DNA of 36,448 nucleotides from Nemertoderma westbladi. Taxonomy: Eukaryota; Animalia; Xenacoelomorpha. The position numbers were made by a program, and so were the translations under genes. The notes beneath the pieces are model-generated. The model was not told the DNA's origin. It was given only the letters and a program-made list of their open reading frames with translations, and did not search any database. The stretch covers positions 1 to 36,448 of the forward strand of contig JAUCBJ010006491.1 in the NCBI GenBank assembly GCA_032718475.1, in the 5' to 3' direction. Numbering within the stretch: the first letter of the stretch is position 1; each line of letters starts with the position of its first letter. Positions 1-12,844 of this stretch are shown piece after piece.

Positions 1-3000
1 CCATTAACCCATGTCGTGGAACCATTAACCCATGTCGTGGAACCATTAACCCATGTCGTGGAACCATTAACCCATGTCGTAGAACCATTAACCAATGTTG
101 TGGAACCATTAACCCATGTCGTGGAACCATTAACCCATGTCGTAGAACCATTAACCCATGTCATGGAACCATTAACCTAAGTCGTAGAACCATTAACCCA
201 TGTCGTGGAACCATTAACCCATGTCGTGGAACCATTAACCCATGTCGTGGAACCATTAACCCATGTCGTAGAACCATTAACCAATGTCGTGGAACCATTA
301 ACCCATGTCGTGGAACCATTAACCCATGTCGTAGAACCATTAACCCATGTCATGGAACCATTAACCCATGTCGTGGAACCATTAACCTAAGTCGTGGAAC
401 CATTAACCCATGTCGTAGAACCATTAACCAATGTCGTGGAACCATTAACCCATGTCGTGGAACTATTAACCCATGTCGTAGAACCATTAACCCATGTCAT
501 GGAACCATTAACCCATGTCGTGGAACCATTAACCCATGTCGTGGAACCATTAACCCATGTCGTGGAACCATTAACACATGTCGTGGAACCATTAACCCAT
601 GTCGTGGAACCATTAACCCATGTCGTGGAACCATTAACCCATGTCATGGAACCATTAACCCATGTCGTGGAACCATTAACCCATGTCGTGGAACCATTAA
701 CCCATGTCATGGAAGCATTAACCCATGTCGTTGAACCATTAACCCATGTCGTGGAACCATTAACCCATGTCATGGAACCATTAACCCATGTCGTGGAACC
801 ATTAACCCATGTCGTGGAACCATTAACCCATGTCATGGAAGCATTAACCCATGTCGTGGAACCATTAACCCATGTCGTGGAACCATTAACCCATGTCGTG
901 GAACCATTAACCCATGTCGTGGAACCACTAACCCATGTCGTGGAACCATTAACCCATGTCGTGGAACCATTAACCCATGTCGTGGAACCATTAACCCACG
1001 TCGTGGAATCATTAACCCATGTCGTGGAACTATTAACCCATGTCGTGGAACCATTAACCCATGTCGTTGAACAATTAACCCATGTCGTGGAACCATTAAC
1101 CCATGTCGTGGAACCATTAACCCATGTCGTGGAACCATTAGCCCATGTCGTGGAACCATTAACCCATGTCGTGGAACCATTAACCCATGTCGTGGAACCA
1201 TTAACCCACGTCGTGGAACCATTAACCCATGTCGTGGAACTATTAACCCATGTCGTGGAACCATTAACCCATGTCGTGGAACAATTAACCCATGTCGTGG
1301 AACCATTAACCCATGTCGTAGAACCATTAACCAATGTCGTGGAACCATTAACACATGTCGTAGAACCATTAACCCATGTCGTGGAACCATTAACCCATGT
1401 CGTGAAACCATTAACCCATGTCGTGGATCCATTTACCCATGTCGTAGAACCATTAACCCATGTCGTGGAACCATTAACCCATGTCGTGGAACCATTAACC
1501 CATGTCGTAGAACCATTAACCTAAGTCGTGGAACCATTAACCCATGTCGTGGAACCATTAACCCATGTCGTGGAACCATTAACCCATGTCGTGGAACCAT
1601 TAACCCATGTCGTAGAACCATTAACCAATGTTGTGGAACCATTAACCCATGTCGTGGAACCATTAACCCATGTCGTAGAACCATTAACCCATGTCATGGA
1701 ACCATTAACCTAAGTCGTAGAACCATTAACCCATGTCGTGGAACCATTAACCCATGTCGTGGAACCATTAACCCATGTCGTGGAACCATTAACCCATGTC
1801 GTAGAACCATTAACCAATGTCGTGGAACCATTAACCCATGTCGTGGAACCATTAACCCATGTCGTAGAACCATTAACCCATGTCATGGAACCATTAACCC
1901 ATGTCGTGGAACCATTAACCTAAGTCGTGGAACCATTAACCCATGTCGTAGAACCATTAACCAATGTCGTGGAACCATTAACCCATGTCGTGGAACTATT
2001 AACCCATGTCGTAGAACCATTAACCCATGTCATGGAACCATTAACCCATGTCGTGGAACCATTAACCCATGTCGTGGAACCATTAACCCATGTCGTGGAA
2101 CCATTAACACATGTCGTGGAACCATTAACCCATGTCGTGGAACCATTAACCCATGTCGTGGAACCATTAACCCCTGTCGTAGAACCATTAACCCATGTCA
2201 TGGAACCATTAACCCATGTCGTGGAACCATTAACCCATGTCGTGGAACCATTAACCCATGTCGTGGAACCATTAACACATGTCGTGGAACCATTAACCCA
2301 TGTCGTGGAACCATTAACCCATGTCGTGGAACCATTAACCCATGTCGTGGAACCATTAACCCACGTCGTGGAACCATTAACCCATGTCGTGGAACTATTA
2401 ACCCATGTCGTGGAACCATTAACCCATGTCGTGGAACCATTAACCCATGTCGTGGAACCATTAACCCATGTCGTGGAACCATTAACCCATGTCGTGGAAC
2501 CATTAACCCATGTCGTGGAACCATTAACCCATGTCGTGGAACCATTAACCCATGTCGTGGAACCATTAACCCATGTCGTGGAACCATTAACCCATGTCGT
2601 GGAACCATTAACCCACGTCGTAGAACCATTAACCCATGTCGTGGAACTATTAACCCATGTCGTGGAACCATTAACCCATGTCTTGGAACAATTAACCCAT
2701 GTCGTGGAACCATTAACCCATGTCGTGGAACCATTAACCCATGTCGTGGAACCATTAGCCCATGTCGTGGAACCATTAACCCATGTCGTGGAACCATTAA
2801 CCCATGTCATGGAACCATTAACCCATGTCGTGGAACCATTAACCCATGTCGTGGAACCATTAACCCATGTCATGGAAGCATTAACCCATGTCGTGGAACC
2901 ATTAACCCATGTCGTGGAACCATTAACCCATGTCATGGAACCATTAACCCATGTCGTGGAACCATTAACCCATGTCGTGGACCCATTAACCCATGTCATG

Positions 3001-4140
3001 GAAGCATTAACCCATGTCGTGGAACCATTAACCCACGTCGTGGAACCATTAACCCATGTCGTGGAACTATTAACCCATGTCGTGGAACCATTAAACCATG
3101 TCGTGGAACAATTAACCCATGTCGTGGAACCATTAACCCATGTCGTGGAACCATTAACCCATGTCGTGGAACCATTAGCCCATGTCGTGGAACCATTAAC
3201 CCATGTCGTGGAACCATTAACCCATGTCATGGAACCATTAACCCTGTCGTGGAACCATTAACCCATGTCGTGGAACCATTAACCCATGTCATGGAAGCCT
3301 TAACCCATGTCGTTGAACCATTAACCCATGTCGTGGAACCATTAACCCATGTCATGGAACCATTAACCCATGTCGTGGAACCATTAACCCATGTCGTGGA
3401 ACCATTAACCCATGTCATGGAAGCATTAACCCATGTCGTGGAACCATTAACCCATGTCGTGGAACCATTAACCCATGTCGTGGAACCATTAACCCATGTC
3501 GTGGAACCATTAACCCATGTCGTGGAACCATTAACCCATGTCGTGGGACCATTAACCCATGTCGTGGAACCATTAACCCACGTCGTGGAACCATTAACCC
3601 ATGTCGTGGAACTATTAACCCATGTCGTGGAACCATTAACCCATGTCGTGGAACAATTAACCCATGTCGTGGAACCATTAACCCATGTCGTGGAACCATT
3701 AACCCATGTCGTGGAACCATTAGCCCATGTCGTGGAACCATTAACCCATGTCGTGGAACCATTAACCCATGTCGTGGAACCATTAACCCACGTCGTGGAA
3801 CCATTAACCCATGTCGTGGAACTATTAACCCATGTCGTGGAACCATTAACCCATGTCGTGGAACAATTAACCCATGTCGTGGAACCATTAACCCATGTCG
3901 TGGAAGCATTAACCCATGTCGTGGAACCATTAACCCATGTCGTGGAACCATTAACCCATGTCATGGAACCATTAACCCATGTCGTGGAACCATTAACCCA
4001 TGTCGTCGAACCATTAACCCATGTCGTGGAACCATTAACCCATGTCGTGGAACCATTAACCCATGTCATGGAACCATTAACCCATGTCGTGGAACCATTA
4101 ACCCATGTCGTGGAACCATTAACCCATGTCGTGGAACCTT
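1..4140. repeat. 21-bp minisatellite, consensus CCATTAACCCATGTCGTGGAA, about 197 units, running off the left edge of the window
   Basis: The unit is directly visible. Variants are mostly single substitutions, with one 1-nt deletion near 3244. The VVEPLTH, NGSTTWV and MVPRHGL ORFs are translations of this unit. Confidence 0.98.
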
Positions 4141-4719
4141 TGACCGTAATCGATCCAATGATGAGGAGCCACCACGCCACCACTGTCTGGTTCGGTCCCT
4201 TTGTAACTCATGTATTCTTTGATTCTAATAAAAAAACGCTTGATAAATAATAATAATAATGATTACATTATTTACTTTGTATGTTCTCTGTGCCGTTATC
4301 GCGCAAGACCTTTGTTAAATATTAGCAATAAATTGCGCAGTTAATCGGGCCATTCTCATATTCTGTCTAGACCTATATAATCGTGGTCTAGACACTTTAT
4401 ACTACTTTAAGTTCACTACTATCTCTGGTTCGCTGATAACTAAACAAATAAGTTCCTTATTTATAAAGACACGCAAATTGTATTATTGATATACCAAATT
4501 GCACAATGTGTAATATTTAATTTAAGATTATAATAACAATATATAATAGTATTCATTATAATATAATAACCATAACCAACCGAGCAGTTCAAATCTACAT
4601 CGTAGAGTGTCGCGAATTTAGGTCTAATGGTAACCAATTTAGTTCCAATGTAAATTTTTTAAAGAGAACTTAGTTCCAATCGAAGCGACATTAATTCCAA
4701 TCCTCCATGTCAAAACGCG

Positions 4720-5390
4720 AATTAAGTTCCAATGCATGCAAATTTCATCCCAATGCATTCGAATTTTGTTCCAATGCATGCATTCGAATTTAGTTCCAAT
4801 GCATTCGAATTTAGTTCCAATGCATGCGAATTTAGTTCCAATGCATGCGAATTTAGTTCCAATGCATGCGAATTTAGTTCCAATGAATTCGAATTTAGTT
4901 CCAATGCATGCGAATTTAGTTCCAATTCTTTCGAATTTTGTTCCAATGCGTTCGAATTTGGTTCCAATGCATTCGAATTTAGTTCCAATGCATGCGAATT
5001 TAGTTCCAATGCATTCGAATTTAGTTCCAATGCATTCGAATTTAGTTCCAATGCATGCGAATTTAGTTCCAATGCATGCGAATTTATTTCCAATGCGTTC
5101 GAATTTGGTTCCAATGCATTCGAATTTAGTTCCAATGCATTATAATTTAGTTCCAATGCATGTGAATTTATTTCCAATGCATTCGAATTTAGTTTCAATG
5201 CATGCGAATTTAGTTCCAATGCATGCGAATTTAGTTCCAATGCATGCGAATTTAGTTCCAATGCATGCGAATTTAGTTCCAATGCATTCGAATTTAGTTC
5301 CAATGAATTCGAATTTAGTTCCAATGCATGATAATGTAGTTCCAATGCATACGAATTTAGTTCCAATGGGTACGAACTTTGTTCCAATGT
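4720..5390. repeat. 21-bp minisatellite, consensus GAATTTAGTTCCAATGCAT(G/T)C, about 31 units, with degenerate units back to about 4615
   Basis: Directly visible tandem unit; it produces the LELNSHA and NLVPMHA repeat ORFs. Confidence 0.97.
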
Positions 5391-7396
5391 ATTTAAGCCA
5401 ATACAAAAAATTACATCTCAAAATGAATTCTTCAGATAGAGCAAGTGAAATAAACATTTTAGTTTTGAAAATTAAACCGCAATTATCGAGGTACTGTACA
5501 AAGGTAGTCTGGCATAGTGAGTTAGTCGTCCTAACATTATGTTTTAAGGCAATGAGTGCAGAAACAAAAACTAAATATATAATGTAGATAACCTTAGAAA
5601 AACTAAGGAAAGGCCTTCACAACAAATAAGAAAAATAGAAAATAAAATTGCGTTTGCTTAAGTACTATCCGAAGATATGCGGCCATGCTAATCCTGGCCT
5701 CCATACCGGGGTCGAACCCAATGCACCCAAGAGAAGTGAATGCAAGGTAAATGATTTAACCAATAAGAGGGGGGTTATGAATTATCACAATCGCTAAATA
5801 AAAGTGAATATTATGCGTGTGGTATTAGAACACAATTCTTTAACGATGGCTTTAAAAGCATACACTACAGGCTTTACTGTATAACTACCAATATGCTGAA
5901 ATTAACAATAAACACAAGCTTGCAATGTGCACTTCTGTCTAATACTTAAACAAATTAACCTATCATAATTACCTCGGCCGCTGGTACGGCAACAGTGATT
6001 ATTCAGTTTAATTCGCTTCAGGTTATTATTTCCGTATATTAACTCTAGAACCTTGCAATAGTGTGAAGTATGTATAATACATATATTTATAACATGTATT
6101 TACATACATTATATACATATATTTATCTATTTATTTGTTTCCCCTTTTTTACTTAAACATTTTAATATATCATTTTATTGCATTATTGTGTGATATAATA
6201 ATAAAGAATTTAATAAATAATAATACATATATTTATATTGAGATTAGTGATATATCCTAATTATTTATTACCTTACCAGAACCCAAGGATTACTGGCCAC
6301 TAAATGGTACTGACCCACCCACTAATAGTGGCATTAGGAAGGGAATTCGGCTACAATATGGCTCGCCCCACTCTTTGAAACATTGGAACCCCCCCCCCCC
6401 CCCCATTCACATTTACTACTGTACTATTGAAACCTCAGTCAGTGTTGGATTTAGAAGGATTCGTCTTTAGTCCCTAAAATATCTACTCGCTTCACTCGCT
6501 GCTGTGTAATGAAATTGATGAAATTGTAGTCGTTTTGTAGTCGCTTTGATGAAATTGTAGACAATAATGGTGAATAGAGATGATTTTCTAGAAACGAAAA
6601 TTGGGTACTTTGTGCTCTTTTACATAAAAAATAGCCTATAATTTTCACCTAAAAACAATTTCGCATCTTCCTTCAAGAAACTATAGAGAATAACAGAGCG
6701 AAAATTTCTTAAAGAAAAAAACTGGCAAATAAAAAGTAATAATTTAAAAATGCCGCCAAATTTCCAAGGTTGAATCCAAAAATAAATCGGATTTGATCAT
6801 TTGATTCGCATCGAAATTAACTACAAACGTTTTTTGGGCAAAATCTTTCGAAATTCATTTTTCTTTGTCTTTCTTTGTCTACGGTACCGGCTTGATTATT
6901 TATTTTCTACAAAATAACTTGTTTCTTAAATAATATGCAAATTGGTCCCAAGAAGATATTAGGCAAAATGTAAAATGCAGATTTGCTCTTCGAATTAAAC
7001 TGTTAACCCCACCCCATCCCTACCCTACTTGTTACTTCGTTCCAATATCGATCAATATCAAGGAACAATCACACTAACTGCCCAATGAAGTGATTGTTGG
7101 CCATCTTAACCCTTTTTAAACTCTTTATTAAATTAGTTCATCTTTATTATAAATAAATGATATATATATCTTATTTCTTTTATTCTATAAACTATAATTA
7201 GTTTTTTGTATTCTTTGCCTTAGTGTGTATCTCATATATATTAATAGTACACTAGAAACCTCAACCCATTGTGGTACAATAAAAGCCCTTAAGGTAGAGC
7301 AACATATATTAGTTGTTGATGTACTAAAGTTTATTATAAAAACAACAATTAATTATATTGTACCGAAGCGTTAAAGAAGTATCTAACTCAAGAATA

Positions 7397-7631
7397 ATGG
7401 CGTTGAAAACATTGTATATATTTTGTTTCATCTTAATCTGCTTATCAAACTACGGCAGTTGCGACTCCCCCCACAATAAAGTTGTGATGTACATCGGGAT
7501 TGGTAGCGGCGTTGGGTTCATCCTACTTATCCTCAGCTGCGTTCTCTGTTGCTATTGTTGTAAATGTTGTTGTTGGGCAAGTAGAGGTTACGTCGGAGGT
7601 GGAATCAATCAGAGCGTCCAAATAGTTGCCC
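7397..7631 (+). CDS. Coding exon 1 of a small type I membrane protein: signal peptide, very short ectodomain, TM helix, juxtamembrane Cys cluster
   Basis: ATG at 7397 begins a signal-peptide-like MALKTLYIFCFILICLSNYGSC, followed by a TM segment (VVMYIGIGSGVGFILLILSCVL) and CCYCCKCCC. The exon ends at a canonical donor C|GTAAGT (7632), phase 1. Confidence 0.85.
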
Positions 7632-7948
7632 GTAAGTAATTCGCTGACGACAAAAATTAGAGAAAAAAAAAATAAAAAAATGATGAATATAATTTTGGTT
7701 GTTGGTTTGGGGCACTGTTGTCACCATATTGAATTACAGTATATTTTCAGCCAATAATGTGTAGACACACGTATTTTTCAGCTATAACGCATTACAACTC
7801 ACACGGAAGTGGAATGAGCATGACATTGCAGCCTCTTCAAGCACGGATATGACGTCACATCAAGGAAGTGTTATATGCGCAATACGTCAAGCAGTCCGGC
7901 TTCGCTTATGAAAATTTAGTATATCATGCAAGGAGTACTAAATAACAG

Positions 7949-9018
7949 GTCATGCAGCGAGCGGATTGTTGAAATTAGCGTTGGCCTATCTTTTACCTAT
8001 TTATGGCACTATTTTCATAATATTTCCTTAGAAACCTCTTATCTGCTACTTTTGTCATGAGGATATGACTAAAGGTTCATATGACTCAGGTAAAATGTCT
8101 TTCTGTAATTTTAATAATGTTGTTATATAAGGAAACCGGGTGCTAAGTTAAAACTTTGAGCGCCTCTAATTCAAGACGACATGGGGCTACTATATTTACT
8201 ATTTTATATTATATGCGACTGACATGCCTGGGTCCTGTCCTTTTCTCTAATAATAATTGTTAACCGAAATTTAATATTCTGGAATGTCAAAATCATGCTA
8301 TCACAAGACTTGCTCTCTGATTGGACAGTTGTGTCACAAATCTTGCTTTCTGATTGGCCAGTTGTGTTTATTGGCACTTATTGAGCTTTGTAAATTAGAT
8401 TCACAATTGACGATGAAATAAAACGTATAACGCCAACGTAAATAAAACGTTGGCAAATTTAACTTATTATAATATTTAAACAGACAAACGGAAAAAAATG
8501 TTGTTTTACAGAATTGGTAGACAATTATTTAAATTTTTCATTATGAATGGGAGAATCTTTTAGGCTCGTTAAGCCGAGGAGTGCCTGTTCACCACCATGG
8601 GTGATCTTCCACAGTAAACACTTCCGCTCCTTCATTCAAATTTTTCATTATTCTTATTACCATGGCGACGGGAATGTAAAAAAATTCAAATGTAGAATAT
8701 TTTGATAGTCTTTTATTCCCTTTAATCACCTACCAAATCTCAAGAAGAAAATCCCTTGTCGTCTTGAATTACAGACGCTCAATTTTTTAACTTTGCACCC
8801 GGTTGCTTTGGCAACAAACAACAAGATAAAAATTTCAGAAAGATATTTCATCAATTTCTATGAACCCTAGTCATCATATCAACCTAACAAAAGTTGGACA
8901 TAAGAAGTTTGTTACAGAAGAGGTTTTTCAGTTTAAGAAGGAAACATTATGAAAATAATATCATAAATAGGGAAACAATCGGCCTCCGCTAATTTCAACA
9001 ATCCGCTCGCTGCATGAC
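7949..9018. mobile_element. Foldback/MITE-like non-autonomous element with long degenerate inverted arms (about 7949-8181 and 8757-9018)
   Basis: GTCATGCAGCGAGCGGATTGTTGAAATTAGCG (7949) is the exact reverse complement of 8987-9018. 8134-8181 matches the reverse complement of 8757-8804 at 43/48. There is no coding capacity. An internal 33-bp tandem duplication containing CTGATTGG lies at about 8300-8368. Confidence 0.75.
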
Positions 9019-9456
9019 TTTTGACTCATGAGTCGATCATGATTTTTTCTTCTGTTGTTTAGTAGGCCTACAGAAGGATCTGTAGTACCATCTGAGTTGG
9101 AGTTATCGGTCCAAGAGTTTGGCACTAGGCTATCTTCTGTGAAAATTTTAGCTCAATTATTTTTTTTTGAAAAATTTGTGGGGGTTTTAGTATGTTCGGG
9201 CTATATTTCGGGCATCATATATTTTGAGATAGACAAAGAGAAGCAGTTACATAATGGATCATAGAACATCGAAATGGACATGTTTTACAAAACCAATACT
9301 CACGATTGTGGCCCTATAGAAGCTGAACATTTTGGTATATGTTTGATAAAAGAGGGAAAAATAAAAAAGTAGTAGGGAATTTGCGGGAAATTTAAAACTT
9401 TCAGTTATATGTTCTGCTCAGTTCTTTTAACGGTTATATATTGTATTTATTCTATT

Positions 9457-9492
9457 TGCCTGAAGAAGGACTATATAGTGAGAAAGCTAGCA
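9457..9492 (+). ncRNA. Degenerate minimal type I hammerhead ribozyme motif, probably a Penelope-like element pLTR remnant
   Basis: TGC-CTGAAGA-AGGACTATATAGTGA-GAAAGCTA-GCA gives a CUGANGA core, GAAA, a palindromic AGCU stem III and a 3-bp stem I (TGC/GCA). Stem II would be perfect as GGACTATATAGTCC, but its last two bases are GA. Confidence 0.5.
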
Positions 9493-11412
9493 TTTATACC
9501 ACAACTTAATATTGCTTGCGGGTTTTGACCTTCTTTGCACATTTAATTTATGAACTTGCAACATACAAGAAAAATATAAAAGTTGTAGGGAACTGAGTGA
9601 TTAAAAGTGTCAAACTGAGGAAAATGAGGTTATATATAGAGTCATGAATATCAGCCATGAATACTGTTGCGGAAAATTACAGGTTTGTGGTCAAAAATCA
9701 ATCAATCGTGAAAACCGATGTCAGCACATGAAAGCCCTTCTATCAAACCAGAAAATTAGAAGAAAAAAAAAAATTTTAATTTTCAAAAATTTTAGATGGG
9801 TGATTTTCCTCTTAATTGTTACACAGTTACCAATGTAAGAGGCGTTACAATTAGTCTACAGTATAGTAACGGGTTTGATTGGCCAAAAAAATGTTAGCTA
9901 GAAGTAGTTCAATCAGGGGTAAAAAAATAAATCGAAAAAATAAATAAAAAATAAAAAAAAATCGAGATGCGGGGTGTTGTATTAATTAAAACGTAGAGGA
10001 ATAGCTATTTAGATAATAGTAGTAGAGATATCTATCAGCTCTAACAATTCAGGTGGCAGTTCAGTTAAAAGGTGGACGGCTAAGTAATTTGATTTTTGAT
10101 CCGAAATAATCACTGTTGCCATGTTGATCGCATAAAAAATGAAACACAAAGGAATTTATATTTAATATGAAAACAAATAATAAGACAAATAATAGGACAG
10201 AACATAATAATGCCGATAGTTGTAGTTTATTTGAGAAGGAGGCTTTTAATTATCCAACGGATATGTTGTTAAAAATAAATAAAATAAATAAATAACTTGA
10301 AATTAATTGATTAATAAAATTGTAATTTAAAAGTTTGTAAAACTTTTTTTTGTGATTGTAATACCCTATTTTTTTAATATTGTACTTAATAATAATAAAC
10401 AACATTGTATTTGATGGCTAAATACACCAACCACAAAACAAGCACGATGGGTAAAAAGTTATTAAATAATAATAAAAACACTGATTGTATTATATTACAT
10501 AATTTGAATATTTGTTTCGAGTTAATAAAAAAGTACAGAATAGGGTGAAGGAAATTAAAATAATGGAGGGAGGGAGAAGATACGATTAAGGTGCCATGTT
10601 GGTCTTCCGGTAGCAGCGGTACTCGGTGAGGTTGAATGATTCCTTTATGCTGGAGGCATTCCCAGCTTGGATTGCCATCCTAAGGCGTTGACGCAGGAAT
10701 TGCGTAGACCTCTTGTTGCCGCTGACCTTCTCCAAGCGGTGGCATAACTGGCGAAGGAATGGCTAGGATGAAGGGCCTATGCCACCAAATATGCCACCAC
10801 AGCGAGGAGAGGCTGGACTAAGTAGTCTTTGGCAAAGTTCGAATACTTCAACTTCAAGCTTTCGTCCTTCTGCCAATTTAGCGACTGATGACCCATATAA
10901 GCATGCGGCATTGAGTATGAGGGGCAAGGCGATGGGTGCAGGTAAAGTGCCACACGAGGACTTTACCGTTTGACCAGGGGAGCATAGTGGCTCCATCGGG
11001 GCGCTTTATGTTGTTGTCGTTGCTGAGCCCGACTGGTTCAAGGGTTGCTGATACCTCAGCGGATTGGAGAGCACGGTAGGTGGTGTCATTGCACAGGAGG
11101 ACAAGACGGAGAGCAACAGCCACACCAAACTGTTCATCGGCAATGCGGAGGCCAAGGGTAGCAGAAGGGATGGCATTCAACCAAGAACCAGGTGCTTGGC
11201 AGCCCTTGAGGCGGGGTACAGAGCTACAGTGTAATCACTAGATGAAATTAGTGATGCCAGTTGGGATTTGTATACTGGGTCCTACCAAGATCTTTGGTAG
11301 CTTGGTGTCTCAGAAATATCAAAGGAAGGTGAGTACCATTCCCATAACTCGACGGCAGCTCGAAGGAACAAAGGTTCATCCAAGTTTCCAGTGATAGCAG
11401 AGGTTAGTTCCT

Positions 11413-12844
11413 ACTACTACTACTAGGATCGGCATGCTGCATTGCAGCTGCATTTTTAAGAATGCGGTGCCGGCTTTTCAACAAAATTGCACCGCCACAA
11501 CTCCCTATCACCCATGACATTTGCTAGATCATCCGCATCTTTAAGGCCAGTGTCCTTTAAGATGCGTCTCAAAAAAGTCATGGGCTGTCCACCATGCTTA
11601 TTCACTCCATGAGGCTGCCAAAGTACAAGATTATGCACTGGCTGGTCCTCACGGCGAAAGCAATGTCCTGCAAAGCGGAGGCAATTTTGTTCTAGTGTCA
11701 AGCTTGGGGGAACCAATGAGACACCTCCAATGTTATATAGTGTCTGGTTGGAGATGTGTGCATTGTACTTGACACAATGAACCCGGCGTAGCATTCTTGT
11801 GAATGTGCCATCCAGAGATTTGGTGTCCTCAGCAGTTAGAGCCCAGCATGGACTCCCGTAGAGGAGTACTGAAACTACTGCTGCTCTAAATAATCGGACC
11901 TTAAGTTTCCGATTAATTCTCGGTGACTTCCAAATCCTGGAAAGCCTATTCAAGGCTGCCCATGCCTTTCCCTTACGTATTCGAAGGTCCTCACCTGACT
12001 TCCGGATCCATGATCCCAGGTAACAGAAGTCGTCCACATGCTCAAGCATACCATCCTTTGAGCTTATGCTCATCCGATCAGAGACTTGCTGAGGACTTTC
12101 AAAGTTAACTGTCAGAATTTTGGTCTTTCTGGAGTTAATAAAAAGACCAACACTAGAAGCAGCATGTTCTAATGAGCTGAGGAGCCGTTGGGCTCCCTCT
12201 AATGATTCTGAGAGTACTCCTAAGTCATCAGCAAAGTCTAGATCAGTTAGGTACTTGGCAGGATTTCCTCGACTTCTGGAGCCAGTAGGTGGAGTTATCA
12301 TCACCCCATCATCATTATAATGATCTAAGGACATGCGTAGAACATAGTCAACCACAATAATGAACAAGAATGGTGCAAGTGTGTCTCCTTGGAGGACGAC
12401 CCATAACACTTCAAATGGTTCTGTGTCACCATCAACAGTAGACACAAATGTTGTCGAACCATCGTATACTGATCTGATTGCTGCAATAATTTCATCGGGA
12501 ATCCCATATAATGAAAGTATGGTGAACATACGTGAGCGAGAGACTGAATCAAAGGCCTTGAAGAAGTCAACAAAGATAACAGCCAGATGCCTGTCTTTCT
12601 TTTTTGATAACTCTTCAATTATCCTTCTAAGTGCCAAAATGGGCTCCATGGTCCCACGACCTTTACGGAACCCATTCTGATTTCCACGGAGCAGTCTCTC
12701 AATGGGATCCCTGATGCGATTTAATAGAATCCTATTGTATAGCTTTGCAGCAATCGAGATCAATGAGATTCCCCGAAAAGAACCATAGAGTGTTAGGTTG
12801 CCCTTCTTGGGAACTGGCACCAACTTATTTGTTTTCATTTCTCC
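11413..12844 (-). mobile_element. 5'-truncated RTE/RTEX-group LINE with a (TAG)n 3' tail and a 12-bp target-site duplication
   Basis: AGGTTAGTTCCT flanks it at 11401-11412 and 12845-12856. A CTACTACTACTACTA tail lies at 11411-11425. It contains the RT ORF. Confidence 0.88.
11456..12838 (-). CDS. Non-LTR reverse transcriptase ORF (N-terminally truncated, no endonuclease), RTE/RTEX-like
   Basis: Motifs LVPVPKKG, FRGISL, QNGFRKGR, FVDFFKAFDSV, QGDTLAPFLF, DFADD, YLGS and the C-terminal LRFAGHCFR are all present in one open frame of 460 aa. Confidence 0.92.
   Translation of the reverse strand: MKTNKLVPVPKKGNLTLYGSFRGISLISIAAKLYNRILLNRIRDPIERLLRGNQNGFRKGRGTMEPILALRRIIEELSKKKDRHLAVIFVDFFKAFDSVSRSRMFTILSLYGIPDEIIAAIRSVYDGSTTFVSTVDGDTEPFEVLWVVLQGDTLAPFLFIIVVDYVLRMSLDHYNDDGVMITPPTGSRSRGNPAKYLTDLDFADDLGVLSESLEGAQRLLSSLEHAASSVGLFINSRKTKILTVNFESPQQVSDRMSISSKDGMLEHVDDFCYLGSWIRKSGEDLRIRKGKAWAALNRLSRIWKSPRINRKLKVRLFRAAVVSVLLYGSPCWALTAEDTKSLDGTFTRMLRRVHCVKYNAHISNQTLYNIGGVSLVPPSLTLEQNCLRFAGHCFRREDQPVHNLVLWQPHGVNKHGGQPMTFLRRILKDTGLKDADDLANVMGDRELWRCNFVEKPAPHS

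Noticed and set aside
1-4140. True telomeric array
   Set aside because: TAACCC occurs only once per 21-bp unit and there are no tandem TTAGGG hexamers; a subtelomeric location cannot be judged from this window.
1-4250. Long repeat ORFs (VVEPLTH on +; NGSTTWV with a sequon in every unit and a hydrophobic leader on -)
   Set aside because: A 21-bp unit lacking stops opens several frames automatically. There are in-frame stops and a frameshift near 3244, and the minus-strand leader has no ATG.
4722-5587. LELNSHA/NLVPMHA repeat ORFs
   Set aside because: Open in several frames on both strands; a by-product of the minisatellite.
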